Assembly (NCBI GenBank): GCA_044892505.1 | Contig: CM097882.1 | Coordinates: 431,086,001-431,150,000, forward strand | Origin: Schmidtea nova | Lineage: Eukaryota | Direction of reading: 5' to 3' | Length of the DNA stretch: 64,000 bases | Shown here: piece by piece, positions 47,094-61,159 of the stretch | Layout: every line of letters begins with the position of its first letter | Numbering within the stretch: position 1 is the first letter of the stretch | Made by a program: the position numbers and the translations under genes | Notes under the pieces: generated by a model | Databases searched by the model: none | Seen by the model: only the letters and a program-made list of their open reading frames with translations | What the model was told of the DNA's origin: nothing

Positions 47094-48111
47094 AATCTTC
47101 AGTAGACCTATAAGCAATCTACTCGTTATATGTCATCGGCATTAAACTTAGAAATTATATATATTTTATAAATATATTTTCATTTTATCTGAGACAATTT
47201 ATCTATTTTTCATTTTTTACTCTTCAAAAGATTTGTTTGGCTCGTTTAAACAACGGTGACCATTCGCTAAACAAAAATGGGGAATAGTCCCCATTTTGAT
47301 TAATTTCCCCGTAAAATGTCATGCATTTTAAATATTGTCCGTTTTCTAACTTCATTTACATCTAATTAGTAGTCAATGGCCGACGTCTCATGCTCCTTGA
47401 TCAAATTTATATGGGAAATGAAATGTATAAAAATTGTATTTATATTTAATATATACAATTTTAATTGTATATTATATGACAAAGTTGGCACACTCTCATT
47501 TATTTTTGTGACAGTTTTTCTTTAATTTTTAAATTGAATACATCCTCTCCTATGTACCAATTATGTTCCCTATTGTCTTTTCAGAAAAATGGTCTACTTA
47601 GTGTAAAAGAGTACAGAACAATATTTGAATTTAAAAATAATTTAAATTTAAATTTATTAAAATTTAAAAAAGAAGCAAAAATCAAAGTTTGATTGAAAAA
47701 TAATTAATTAATTTAAAAATTAAAAATTCAATATTTTCGGTTTCCGACGCCCTTAAAATATCAGATTTATTCCGAGGCGCCCCGATTTAAAACATTGGTA
47801 ATCTAGTGGCAAACCTTATGTTACCACTAGTTTTTCTTCATTACCAATTCAGAAACTCATTGATATATTTACGTATACCTCTAAAGTTGTTTGCAATTTT
47901 ATCTAATAAATAATCAAAACTCCTGATTTTCTTGTAAATTGAAAAACTTACCTTTTGAAAAGTGATTACATACTTAACTTTTTTCTTTGCAACAATATAA
48001 AATACATAATTTCAGCTGTCTAGGAAATATTTATATTGAGACTAGACAACCACCAGGGTCTTGGTTGCAGTTACTGGCCGTGTGTCTAAGCGCATTGAAT
48101 ACTGTCACGAC

Positions 48112-48650
48112 TAGTGTTTGCAATCCCGGGTCATTTTTTCAATCCCGGGATCCCGGGATTGAAAGAATGTACACCAATAAGAAGAAAACCATGCAGTTAA
48201 TAAATAGAACACTTTTTTTAATTCCATTGGTATTTTATTATAGAAAACAATAAAAAATAATTCATGTTTAACAGAATATGTATTAATAATAAATAAAAAC
48301 AAAACTAACTACATATTATTTTTAAAATAACATCTAAGGAAACACAATGAGTCAATCGATTTGTCATCTAGCTGTGTTCTTAAATTTGAAATTATAGTAC
48401 CAGAAGCAGAAAACGCCCGCTCTAACTCTACACTGGTAGGTGGAATAGTAAGCAAATCATTGTAGACGCGTTCTAAATGTGGTCCTCGATGGCTGCTTTC
48501 TTCAAATATCTTCATCTCCCTTCCAAAAACAGTGATGAGTTTTAGACCGGGACAATTTTCGGTAGAGTTTGGCCTGTTTTCGATTGACACCAAACTATCC
48601 ATGAATCTTACGTTGCAATTCGTTTTCAAGATTTCCTTGTTGCAGCGTCT
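48112..48650 (-). pseudogene. hAT 3' end with dimerisation-domain remnant
   Basis: LLTIPPTSVELERAFSASG...RTQLDDKSIDSLCFLR; terminus TAGTGTTTGCAATCCCGGG with repeated ATCCCGGG subterminal motifs. Confidence 0.8.
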
Positions 48651-49029
48651 GCGTTTGTTCGATCAATATAATGTCTTCACCGGGTAAGTTATTTTCGGAC
48701 AAAAGTTTAATGCTTACTTGTAGTAGGGATTTTAGTTCCGTAATCAAGTTATATTTTAATTTCTCATAATAACCAACTACAATACTGCGTATTGTGTGAA
48801 GTGACTTGGGAATATTTTCGAAACCTCTTGCTCTGAGGGATTCTCTTAAATCATATTATGAGCAAAATATTCTAAAAGGAAATCCATCTACTGATGTCAA
48901 ACGCGCAAGAACAGCAGGTAATGTGCTGTCATTTTTAATCTTTGACGTTAGTTATGATGTAATTTTCCCTTTGATATCGCTAATATCTATTCTTTTCAAC
49001 TGATTTTCGTGACTCACGACACGCCGTGG

Positions 49030-51560
49030 TTAGGTTAGTTTAAAAATAAATTAAACACGTAATTAAATTCACAAACTATTTATTGAACAGACATTATTAA
49101 AATAATTAATGGGATGGATGGACTTGTTGTTCACTAAAAAACTTCTCGAATCTCGGAATAAAACTGGATATATGGACCATCATTTCCTGTACGAACGATA
49201 TTAACTTTATTACCGTGACTGCCGAAAACTCAGTTTTGCATAAATATGACGTTGGAAATGGGATTAATATTCGTAGAGATTCACCACTAAGCAGTGGATA
49301 ATCTTCTTTTAATGATATCCAAAAATCAGAAAGTTGCATTCTACAAAATTTTGACTTCAATTTATTATTGCAAGACAAATCAATAAGAGATTCGTCTAAA
49401 AAACGTAAATTTAGATAGAGCTTTGGCTTTAAATGGGTCTTGTATCCATGTGAATTTGTCAATATTATCTGATTGAAAGAATTTTTCAAACCATTTGATA
49501 AGCTGTGATAGATAATCTTTAAAAAGAGATTTTATATTGCATGACAAATCAATTTCATTGAAGATTACAAACTGGTGCAACAAGGGAAAACAATCAATGA
49601 AACTATCTGCATTAATTTTTCTTTTCTATTGTTGAGCTGGCGGAATCCAAAATAAATTTTGTTTAAATTCATCAAAAATTAAATATATACAAAGGGAAAC
49701 AAATTCCAAACGCACGATAAAGCATTAGACAGTAAAGTGACACAAAAGATTATAAAATACTAAAATATAAATACTCTTCATACGAACCCCATTTCATAAG
49801 TCTGTCGAAGTAGGGTTGAAATAATAGAAAAGAGGCTTCTTAGAAGAGAGCCCACAATTTGAATGCAGGTCGGACTTACATATGAAGAACCGCACGAGAA
49901 TCGAATGTGGTATATTATTGCTTGTATAGTGAATACGAAAACATGATCAAAGAAAAAAATCGGTAGCAGAGTAAAGAAAATAATTTATTAAAAATTACAG
50001 AAAAAGTCCCTATTGAAATATCTTAAAAATAACAGTGATAGAAATGAAATGAAATTTGATTTTTTTAATCAATAAAATAACGCACAAAAAACAATGGATA
50101 CACACACCATTTAATAGAATTAAAAACAAATATTTTAGAAAATATATAAATCAAATTATAAAGTTAAATTTATGAAAAATAAATAAATACTCATTAAAAC
50201 TAATAAGTAAGTTGAAATCGTTAATATCATTATTTAAAAAACAACATATGTAGGCGTCAATTGAATAAGTATAAATAGACGCTGAAAAATCACAATCTAA
50301 ACTTCTTGGTATTACATATGTATGCGAGTTTAATCAAAAAAAGTCTGTTTCCACAAAGTGTTTGGCATATTCATGTTTTTGTTCATCAAAGAAAGTGTAT
50401 ATTCCATGCTGAAAATGGAATTTACGAGGCAATAAACTCGTGCAAGATAGCCATCATGAGTGGCAGTAATACAACAAAGTTGTGTATTCAGCTCGTATAT
50501 CTTCTCACAATGTTTTGAAAAATATTGTTTTCAGTGGCCGAGCTTATATATAGTTTACTATTTTTATCACACATTCTAAAACTATATTTAGGGGAGGACT
50601 CATGTACTTTGATGCAAGTGCTTCTCTCTGAATAATGCAATGGATCCAAACTGAATCTAAGCGCCTGAAATTCTTCATAAAAGCCTGACATCGAACTACC
50701 ACCATCCGTACAAACACCAACGCACTTTGTCCATTCTAAATTATTTTCAAACATGAAGATATTCGGGATCTTAAACCAGTTCTGAGCCTTTGTACTTTCA
50801 GTAATTCGTTTACAAAAGAGAAGGTCTTCAACAATTGAATTATAATCTAAATTCCATGTGCAAAAAAAATTACGTGTGCAAATCAAGTATGCATCCTTAT
50901 TATTGTATGAAGCCCCATCGAGCTGCAATCCAAATTCACTTCCTTTTAATTTTTGAATTAATTGAATATTGAGATTCTCCCCCATGTGCTGAATTCTGCA
51001 ACAATTGATATTGTTAGACAAAATGTAGTTTGACAGCAGTTTCCCCGCCGACTCGCCTATAATAATGTTCACTAAATCTACAGCAGCTGGTAAAATGAGT
51101 TGCTCTGCGATGGTATCCGGTTTTTCACTTATTAACTTGATATGCAACTTTGCATGATGCTAGCAAAGCACTATTTGGTATTAGAATATATTTATAAATG
51201 CTGCTTTTTTGTTGTTTTAATTCAATTAAGTTTCTGGTAAAAGATTTGCGAGGTTTACCAACAAAGTTAGAATGGTTGGTTTCTAAATGTCGTTTTAATA
51301 TATTTGGAAGCACAGAAACTGGTGCCAAAGTTTTCATACACATGACACACTGTGGTCTCTCTTTCATTTTCATTTGTCGATGTAAAACAAAAATCCAAAT
51401 AACTGTCGTCATATTTACGATAATTATGCTTCCTATAACCCCTGTCACTTCTTAACCATGGAGAATTTTCCAAGGTCATTTATTTTTAATTTTTAAATCC
51501 ACAAATTTTTTTCGACTATTCAACACAATTTTTGGCAGTGCCATTTTCTCAAGCGTTATT
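49030..51560 (-). pseudogene. Buster/Charlie-type hAT (ZBED5/SCAND3-like) transposase, fragmented
   Basis: RKYDDSYL...RPQCVMC...LKRHLETNH; KPDTIAEQLILPA...FGLQLD; GVCTDG; FWISLKEDYPLL...LIPFPTSYLC. Interrupted by an AT-rich block at ~49600-50350. Confidence 0.9.
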
Positions 51561-52413
51561 TTCTGACAGTCTTATAACACATTGTCGACAAATTACTTAG
51601 AATAGGAAATTTTTTATTCTACTTTCAGAAAAGAATTATGAAAATTTAATATTATCAACTTAAAAACAATAAATAATTTTTATTTTTAATTTATTCCAAA
51701 ATTGACGGGTTACAAAATTTCATAAATTTGTTTTGAAATGATATAATTAGTAACCAATTTCAGAAATTTTGGACTTTGTGATGATTATTTACGCAATTAT
51801 TGATTAAAATACTTTTTAAGGGTGCAAATAGGATGTGCACATGTGCGTACATTTCACGGGTAAATAAACAACACTAACCCGATTGTAACTTCTAAAAACA
51901 TGTCAAGTCGGGTTTCCAATATTCTCGCCGTTTAAATGATAAAATATAGAAAAAATATTTTTTCAATGTGAAGAATTCTTAGAATATATATTTTACAATC
52001 TATACTACAGTATGAAAAAGGTATTTGAAACGATTTCATGTAGTAAACTAGCTTCCAGTTTTTTTGAAAATCATTAGTATGTCACCACAGGTCAGATATA
52101 GGCAGGATCTACCAACGAGATTCGATGTGACCACCTCTAACACATCGAAATGGGAAATCTTATTGGAAACACCTTCGCTTTTAGTATGAACTGATTTACT
52201 GAATGCATACAAAAGCTTCGGACGTGAGACAAGAATGCAAGCGAAACATGTAAGCCACTCTATCTAGTTGACATTTTTCTCAAAAACACAATAGAATGAT
52301 ACTGGCCGCTCTTAGCAGGAATCCACCTTGACGGTCAACGACGTCTAGGGTGAGAGATAGAGCGGACCCTAGACGTTTGGTTACTAATAATATCATTTCA
52401 AAACAAATTTATA

Positions 52414-53421
52414 TCTCGAGGATACCTAAATAATAAAACTAAATAATATAATAAATTTAAAAAAAATAATTGTTGGAAATGAGAAGGATAAACGAGACGA
52501 TGTTCTAGAACCCGGAGAAGAAGAAAGAAGGACAAAAAATGAGGAATGAGAAAGTATTAGCAAAATAAAAGAAATCGAACAATAAAAAAGTCATTTACAC
52601 TTAATAAGTGCAAAAGGAAAGATCATTTCCAAAATTTGAAAACAAAAACATGAAGAAAATTCATATCTGAACAGCTTGTCAGAGACATCAGAAGTGTGTA
52701 GAAAAAAAACGGAAAACCGAAAGAAAAAGAATGGCTTATCTCGATAGATGGCAGAGATAATGCAAGAGATAAGAAGAAAGTATGGAGTATGTTGAAGGTA
52801 GAGAAATGGGAAAAACAAAAATAATCTCAAGTACTAGAAAATGGAGAACTATGAGGGAGAAGCCACAGCAGATAAATTTAGAATTCAAATTGGAGAGAAT
52901 TCAGATTGAGGAAAATTTAGATTGGAGAATTCATATTGGAGAATTTAGATTAGAGAAATTAGAGAAATCGAAATTGTAGTAGAGGAGATAGAAAAGAAAC
53001 TTAATGAGTCAATTAGAATCATATTATTAAAAACTTGAGTTTAAGTAGATTAAATTGAACGTATTGAAACAAGAATTAATCAAATAAGAAAAGAGTTGAA
53101 ACCTATTGAATAAATTAATAAGTCAGAGCAAAAGAGCAACCGAAATCAATTTGCTAATTGTTGAATCCAACTCAGTGGTCAGTGATTGTTAAATATTTTC
53201 TATTATACAATAGTTCTCTTCCTCACAAAGTGTAGTAATAAGCGCTGTATAATTGCCTGTTGTGGTATTGAATTGGAAATGTCATTGTAACTTGTGTAGC
53301 CAACAGTCCTAAGCAATAATAGTCTATATTGTCTGAAATTTGATATTTTGTGGGTCAAATAAAGCACACTTGGAGTCAGAAAATTAATTGGTAAATTTTT
53401 AATTTCACCAACAACCCAACA
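52414..53421 (+). mobile_element. Solo LTR, family B
   Basis: TCTCGAGGATACCTAAA (TG apparently mutated to TC)...CCCAACA with TSD TATA. Confidence 0.7.
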
Positions 53422-53639
53422 TATATAAAAGGCGTAAGATATTTGAGGACAGACTTAAATTCTTAAAAAACAGAATATATAGTTACAGATAAAAGCTGTA
53501 TAATTGATGAATGTTATTAGGATAAAAATTAATTATCGCTTTTACAGTTTTATTAAATAAAGTCTTATTTAACTTCAATAATTGATTCCAAGTGTAATCA
53601 AAATTGTCTACATGCTTAAATTAAAGAATCCTAGTTCAT

Positions 53640-54120
53640 ATAAATCATTTCCCTAGCCATGGTGATTTTAAAAGTATCTTCGGTGTTATGGGGTGTATAT
53701 TTACCTTTTTTCAACAGACCTTCACACACAGAAGTCCAAAGGATTGAGGTCCTTGGGAGGTTGTAAGCCAAATGCTAGGAGTCGTGAAAATCTTCAATTT
53801 TTATTCCTGTGTTGAATGAGCCTTGTGTGATGGTGCAGAATCTTATAGAAATACATGAAGCCTTAAATTTCGTTTAAAGCGAATAATGAACATAACAAAC
53901 GTTTCTAGGCACCAGAATCAAATCTAAGTCCTTATGGAAATAAATGAGAATGACCACGTGTCCGTCATTGTTGTCAACTTTAAAAAAACCTTGACAGTAG
54001 CAGGAAATTCTATATCTTTAACTGTTGACACACGAACAATATTTTACATATCCAGCTGTCATTTTGAGAATTAAGTTTCTGATCATGATTAAAGGTTTTA
54101 TTGTTTGTGAAAAACAAAGT
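53640..54120 (-). pseudogene. Tc1/mariner-superfamily (maT-like) transposase remnant
   Basis: NDGHV...YFHKDL and PKDLNPLDFCV (SPDLNPLD-like). Confidence 0.6.
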
Positions 54121-54219
54121 CACACCTTCTTCTATTAAATTTTTAAATGCATTTAAGACTCCTTTAGATCTGATTTATCCATTTTTCATTGTAAATCCAA
54201 GTTGGTGATCACTTCATTA

Positions 54220-55004
54220 TGTTGAGTTATTTTATTTATTACTGATCTGTCCAACCTTTGACTTCTCGTGTCCTTTTATTTATATGAAATCAATAATACC
54301 CAACTCAGAAAAATTTATTAAATCGATACAACAAGTTACAATTTGTCGAAAATTTGCACTTTCTATTCAATAACGAATTTTTATAAACGTAAAACACGTA
54401 ACCCTAGGGGCAATCACCTTTTCTTGTACGTTTAATTTTAATTAGATTTTATTTCAATGATTTCCTGTATAACCTCTTTCGATCATTTTCAAATTTTGTC
54501 AATTGTATCTTTAACTCTCTTCAACCAACTGGAGGCTCGGCTCTTTAAAATTCATTGAGAAGATAATCAAGATAATTAAGTAAATATTTTCGGGAATAAA
54601 TTTGGACAAAAACAATTCAATTGTCACATTTTTAATGGTACCCGGGTGGGTTTATCATTAATTAACTAGATTCCCAGCTCTCCGGCTCACCAATGCGCTT
54701 CAGGTTTTCCTCATCACTCTGGTTTCCCATTGAGTCGGGATTCCCATTAGCTCGGGCTTCCCATTGAGAGGTTAATTAATTTTAATTAGTTTGGTATTTT
54801 GTAATAACTTTTCCTAGAAAGCCTTCACGAAGGTTTTTTACAATTTTAAGGTCATTGGATTTAGCGTACAACCATACCCCTTTTCTTCGATCAATATTAA
54901 TAATTAATTTTTGCACTTTCATTATTTTGATATTATTTTTTTGATTTTAACATTATTTATTGTGCTTTCGTTTTGCATTTATGGCTTTAATACTAATCCC
55001 GACA
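54220..55004 (-). mobile_element. Solo LTR, family B, opposite orientation
   Basis: - strand TGTCGGG...CTCAACA with TSD ATTA; 3' part closely resembles 59900-59983. Confidence 0.8.
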
Positions 55005-55339
55005 ATTACATTTTACTAGCAACACTACCTTAACAGATGTCATATATTTTTGCAGTTATATGCCATTTAGAAAGTGTACTCCAACGCGTGCAATATCTTT
55101 CATTTTGGGAATATTTGAGGGAAAATTTTGATTGAATAATTATTTGAAAAAATTGAAAAATTAAATTTGGTAAAAATGTGTTAAGCGATTTTCTTTTGTT
55201 TTTCTGACACAAATTGTCCTTTCCTCATCACATAAGACTTTTTTATTGATAAATTGCCATGTAATAAAAAAGTAATAATTATTAACTATGACATTTATAT
55301 TAGCTTAATTGACTTATTAATAGAATTGAAATGCGTCTA

Positions 55340-55760
55340 TCAGTGACATTGGTAATACTATTAATAGTATTTATATTATTAATAATATTTATATTATTAT
55401 TATTCATATTATTCATATTATTTATATTATTAATACTATTCATATTTTTAATAGTATTTATATTATTAAAAGTAATATCAATAATTCCCATAATGGATGA
55501 CTATAGATCAAAATTTCTTTAAATAAGTACACAATATTTCGACACAGCCTTTATCAAGTGTGTATTGATAAAGGCTGTGCCGAGATATTGTGTACTTATT
55601 TAAAAAAATTTTGATTTATAGTCATCCATTATGGGAATTATTGATATTAATATTAAAAAAAGATCAAAGGTGAAACAAAAAGATAATTATGATATTATTA
55701 AAAGTATTTATATTATTAATAGTATTTATATTATTAATAATAATATCACATTATTAATAG
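55340..55760. mobile_element. Head-to-head PLE pLTR palindrome with hammerhead motifs (55527-55565 -, 55565-55594 +)
   Basis: Arms invert around gtgtgta; the + core has GAGA instead of GAAA; flanked by short AT-rich tandem repeats. Confidence 0.8.
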
Positions 55761-56599
55761 TATTTATATTATTAAAATAAAACAATTTTTTCTAATACGA
55801 GTGTTTTATTAACACAAATATATTACTGATTACAAAGTAGTAGTTGAAAGTAGAAGGTTTAATTGATGAAATAAGTTATTTATGCTTCGGAAAAATCTTT
55901 ACAAAATCTCTTGTATCCGTTCACAGGATCTTTGCCGAAATATTTCAGTTGAATTACATCCCCGCTTTTTATTTCTAATTCCTTTGGAGTGTATTTCTAT
56001 GAAAATAAATTAGAAAAATGTTAAAAAATTACATAAGTTACCCTTCTCAAATCTGGCTGTAAGTTACTCGTGTGGATGTAGTAAGGTCTGTCCCTTTGGT
56101 TGATAGTTGCCCAAACTCCATCGTTTCTGAAAATGATTATTTATTTTTCGTATTTTATTTATAATTAGTATTTCTTTTATTTTAATTTTTTTTAAAAAAA
56201 TATCCAATGCTGCTATGGAAAAGAGAAAAATTAAATTTAAATGCGCAAAAGGTTTCGAGTCCAAATCAAATAAAATTTCAAAAGTTAATTTGAATTTAAA
56301 AAATTAATTAAAAATTCGAAAAATTGAAAATCAAGATTTTTTGTCAGGAAAAGATGAGTAAGTAGAATTCAACACTTAAAAGATGAATACAGTATTTTTT
56401 AATTGACGGGTGCCCTAGAGGCAATTCAATTGTAAAATTAAAAACTAATTAATTAATTAATTAATATATTGTTGAAGACAACTATTATTTCAAAAGGAAA
56501 TAAAATCGCAGAATTTGTCAGACAGAGAAAGAAATTTTTTAAATTTTATATTACAATTATTACAATTGCGCATTAATTGGTCTTGGATATAAAACGACA

Positions 56600-57620
56600 G
56601 CGTGGGTTTGGAAGAAATTTAGACGTATAGAAATTATTGGAAATTTAAATAAATTCTTATTTTCATTACAAGCCTGGTCCATACAAGGAACAAATTACAT
56701 TTGCTGAAAAAAAGCTTTTTCATCATTACTCTAACAAAGAATGATTTTGGTGTGACCGACATTCACCGCATTATCGAAAACGGCTGAAAGACATAATTGC
56801 CGTTAAAAGCGATCACCAAGTCGTGAAAGAAGTCCAAGTTCTGAAAGACCACGAACATCTGCAACTCAAAAAAATGTGGTAAACATTCGAGGTCTTATTG
56901 AGTCTGACAATTTCTTGAGCCTCATCAGTCTCCCTATGATCACTAACATTTCCAAGTCCCAAATCTAATCTTCGATGTATTTTGACCCAAGAACTTTAAA
57001 ATGTTATTGTTCAAGCCAAATGGCTTCCATATGACTTGAATGACAGTAAAAAATTGCTTCTCAGGACGCAAAAAAATTCGACTTTTTTCGATGACTCGTG
57101 ATATTAGAAAGAGATTGTTCATTACAGATGAGAAGTGGATAAATGATCGACATTTAGCATCTTTGTCATCCACTAGAACGTGAATACGGGCTACGGAAGA
57201 CAGATCAGCGGTTGCTAGAATAATCATGTGTGACAAAAGGTTTTAATGATGACGCCTACTCTGAGGCGCTAATTTCTGAAGGAACAGTAAACTCCGAAAG
57301 CTATGTAAAGTTTCTAGCTCAATTGTTTGACAGTTTTTGACCACACTCTACTTACGCTTAATGATGCTCACCGACATTTTGCAAAGAACAGTCCAAAGCT
57401 CACTGGAAGAAAAAACTATCAATCTACTCCGGCAGTTCCATTATTCTCCTTGCGTGATTCTAATGGATTGGTACATTTTCAGGTAATTTTAGCGTAAATA
57501 CTTTGTCTACGAAAAGTTTGGAATAGGAATAGATCCAATCATTTATTGAAACTTTTACTCAAGAATAATTTAAGAAGGAGTTCATTGAGTTTCAAGCCCC
57601 CCCCCGACAGAGTGAATGAT
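56600..57620 (+). pseudogene. Mariner transposase remnant
   Basis: RLFITDEKWI; DAHRHFAK...LEEKTINLLRQFHYSP...MDWYIFR. Confidence 0.7.
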
Positions 57621-58156
57621 TTATTTATAAATAGTTATTTAACTTTATTTTACAGTTTTTGTTTTTTTTGAATGCTATGTAATTGAATTTTGAAACTAAA
57701 AGTTTTGCTTCTACGTAAAATTAGTTTATAATCCTTTAAAAAAAAAGAAAAAAAGTGAAATATCACGATAATAGTTATGTAACCAAGGATGAAAATTGAA
57801 AACTTTATACAAATTTATGAAATATTAACACAAACTTTTTAAATAATCTTAAAATAAATTTATACTATTTATGTAAAATTTTATCAATTTTCCATGTTTC
57901 ACAGCTAGCCTTTCCACAAAATCGCTTATAGGAGTGATCTGTTTTTCGATTTGATTTTTTTCATACATCAGATGAAAATTTTAAAATAAAATAGTTTTTC
58001 TCTCATTTGCCACAACATTTCTGCATCGTTTTTTATTAGTTTTTGAAATGTTTATTAAAAAGTATTTAACTACAAACATATAGCACTCATATGAGTTTTG
58101 GCGTGCATTTATTCAATCAACTATTTGAACAACCTATTATAGCTACACCAATTAGT

Positions 58157-58164
<8 letters not shown>

Positions 58165-58210
<46 letters not shown>
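58165..58210. repeat. (CA)n-(TA)n microsatellite
   Basis: Direct observation. Confidence 0.9.
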
Positions 58211-58213
<3 letters not shown>

Positions 58214-59250
58214 TTAAATGTTTTATTAAAGATTTTATATAAATAGAATAATAATTTAAGTGAATTTTATAAAAGTAATTTTATATTAAAATAGTTTAAT
58301 TTAATTTTGAAAGTTTTATTTAAAAAAAATAATAAATTATAATAAAATTTTATAAATAGATTTAAAATAAAAATACTCGTTTTTAAATTTGTTTAAATAT
58401 CTTCAAAACATTCTTTAATTTAATAAATATCTTGGATGCTTTTATACTCTGATTTAAACGAAGATTTTTTAACATTATCTAACGAAGTTATTTTATCTTT
58501 TTGGATTGGGTGTACAAGCATTATGCAAAGCACCCCAAAACTCTTTCTTGGGACCTTTTAAAAACACAAGGAGATTAACAAAGACAATGTGAAAAATTTA
58601 TGTTGAAGAAAATACATTTCTTTAAATCATGACTTTAATTATTTAGGTTTATATTTTGATGGGAACTTTCATTATTTTAATTTGATAAATTATAATGTGA
58701 AATGCCAATGCCGTCACAGGGAGGGTAAATCATCAAGTATTAGATATGATATTTAATTTGGAATTCATTCTTGAATAATTTTTAGCAGACTCAATAAAGT
58801 CACAAATTATCATCTAAATTCTTTTTTCAACATAAAACGAATTACTCCTGTCAAAATAAAGATAATTATGAAAAAATAAAATGATTTATTATAATTCAAA
58901 TAAGAATTTCAGTAAATAAATTAAATCTTCGAAAGAAAATTTAGCATAGATTTTTATGATAAAAATTAAAATAATATTTAGTTGTATTTTTAGAGGGATT
59001 AGTGGGAATTATAAATTAAAACTAGTGTAAAATTTCTAATCAAAATACTTTGTGTAACTTGATAAGGTAAAGAAAATAAGGTCAGCAAATAATATTTTGC
59101 CATACAAGCAAGTTGGTGTGTTTCCTATTATATTAAATTATTGGATTTGCAATAATTAGAAACAAGACTACATAATCTAATCATAAAAAAAGAATTAAGT
59201 TTAGAGTTTCTCTTTTAAAATAAATAATAATTCAATAATTTTCAAATTAC

Positions 59251-59983
59251 TGTTAGGGTCAGAATAAAAAGGAACAAATTGTAAAATAATGTGCAAAAAC
59301 TAATTAAAATTTATAAAAAATTAATATTGGTATGACTGAATGCCAAATTAAAAGAAAAATAAAATAATAAATTAAGTGAGAGGTCCCCAGAGAAGTTATA
59401 TTGTAAAAACAATGGGAAACCCGAGCGATGAAGACAACCCGGAGCACAGGAAGACCCTAGAGATCAAAGGCCGGTAATTGAGCAAAACAATTAAAGATAA
59501 AGCACATCATGGCAACAGTGAGGGATCGAGAATTTAATTTGTTATTATCCCAGTTAGATCCAATTAATTCCAGATATTTTAGATGATTATTTTCTCGGTA
59601 ATAATATAAAAAAGATCGGAAAAGAAACGAGCCACCAGTTGGTAGAAAAGAGTTAAGAAAAAATATTGAGTTGAGGAACTTTACGGGAGGTAAAAATCGA
59701 TTATAATAAAACTTTATTCAATTAAACGTACCAGAAAAAGCAATTACCACATGGTTTTTCTGACTTAATGTCAATCAAATTAATAAACGAAAGAAAGTTC
59801 AAATTATTGGAAAATTGTAAATTGTATAGATTCAATAATTTGGAATTAAAGGAAAATTGTAATTTCTTGTGAAAATACAATTAAAAATATTCTGTTTTGG
59901 GTATTATTGATTTTGATATAAACAAAAGGACACGTGAAGTCAGAGTTTGAACCGATGTATTGTTTAAATAAAATAACCCAACA
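59251..59983 (+). mobile_element. Solo LTR, family B
   Basis: TGTTAGGG...CCCAACA with TSD TTAC (59247-50, 59984-87). Confidence 0.85.
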
Positions 59984-59995
59984 TTACTATTTGTA

Positions 59996-60125
59996 AGACT
60001 ATAGATCAAAATTCTTTTTGTTTGTTAAGTACACGATATTTCGGCACAACCATTATCAAGTGTGTATTTCTTTATTGAATTCAAAAAGAGATCAAAAGTA
60101 AAACAAATACTATTATGATAATTCA
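59996..60125 (-). mobile_element. Diverged PLE pLTR with hammerhead motif (60029-60066)
   Basis: - strand acacttgataatggttgtgccgaaatatcgtgt: core intact, extra nucleotide U, stem II U-G wobble, cleavage triplet AUC. Confidence 0.65.
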
Positions 60126-61159
60126 AAAATTGTATTTTTCAAGCGATTTTGAATGATATTACTAAAAGATTTTTATTTTTATATCAAAAATTATCTTTTC
60201 AAACGTTTAAAACACATCGAAGACTTTGAGAATATTCATAAGAATAAAACACTTTTAACTGGAAAATAAGAAATTTTTAATTAAAAAATGTATTTTGAAT
60301 TAGTTGGGCAAATTCTTAAACCTTAAAAATTTTGGAAATCCTTTGAAGACCTTAAAGGAAAATTTCTTGTTTATTAGGTCAAAGCTCGCGAAGGTTTTAT
60401 ATTAAAATTGTCACTGAAACACCGTCAACTATGGAATCGGTTAATAAAAACCCTGGCTAATAAATATTTCAGACTGTCGAAAAGGGTTGCAATTGGCTAT
60501 GAAAAGAAAGTTACTTATCAAATTCAACAATAAGCAGATTCTGTTACTAAAATTCCTTTCATTTAAGAAAAAATGAAGTCAACATATCCGGTTTAGTAGC
60601 AAAGAGATAATAAGACTGACAGTTTCTAGAGTTATTCAATTCTTTTCAATTATATGATGAAAATGTCATGATGACAGCTTTCTAAAAGTCACTTCAAGAT
60701 TTTTTATAATTTTTATTGATATTTAATTTAATAATAACTTACTCGATGCTTGAAACTTTGGCATCGTAAGCTTTTCCCATAATGAACGGCTCGCGATTCT
60801 GTAAAAAGATAAATTTATTACCACTTTATGTTGATAAAATTATAAATTATTTGACATTGTTTAAAGTTTTTTTATCAGTTGGTTTACTAAAAACTAATTT
60901 TCTTTTTTAATATTGATCCTTTTTTCAATTTCCTTTTTTTCACACTTATTATAGAATTTTGATCAATATTTTATTTTTAATACGAATTACCTGCACTGAC
61001 TTTTTCAAATATTCGAAAGGCATTGACAAAGATTTGTATTAAATATAAACAAAATATTAAGTAATTAATAAATATCGAAATAAGTCTTTACTGTAAAATT
61101 TTATTAAGTGAAAATTTTCGAATATAAAATAATCTGAACCTGGCTCATCCATTTTGAAA

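Noticed and set aside
55300-55522. Asn-rich and hydrophobic ORFs on opposite strands
   Set aside because: Products of AT-rich short tandem repeats flanking the pLTR palindrome.
55030-61000. Scattered exon-like segments (~55060, ~56065, ~58440, ~60380, ~60745)
   Set aside because: Some have plausible splice signals, but I could not assemble a consistent frame, strand or recognisable protein; needs RNA-seq.
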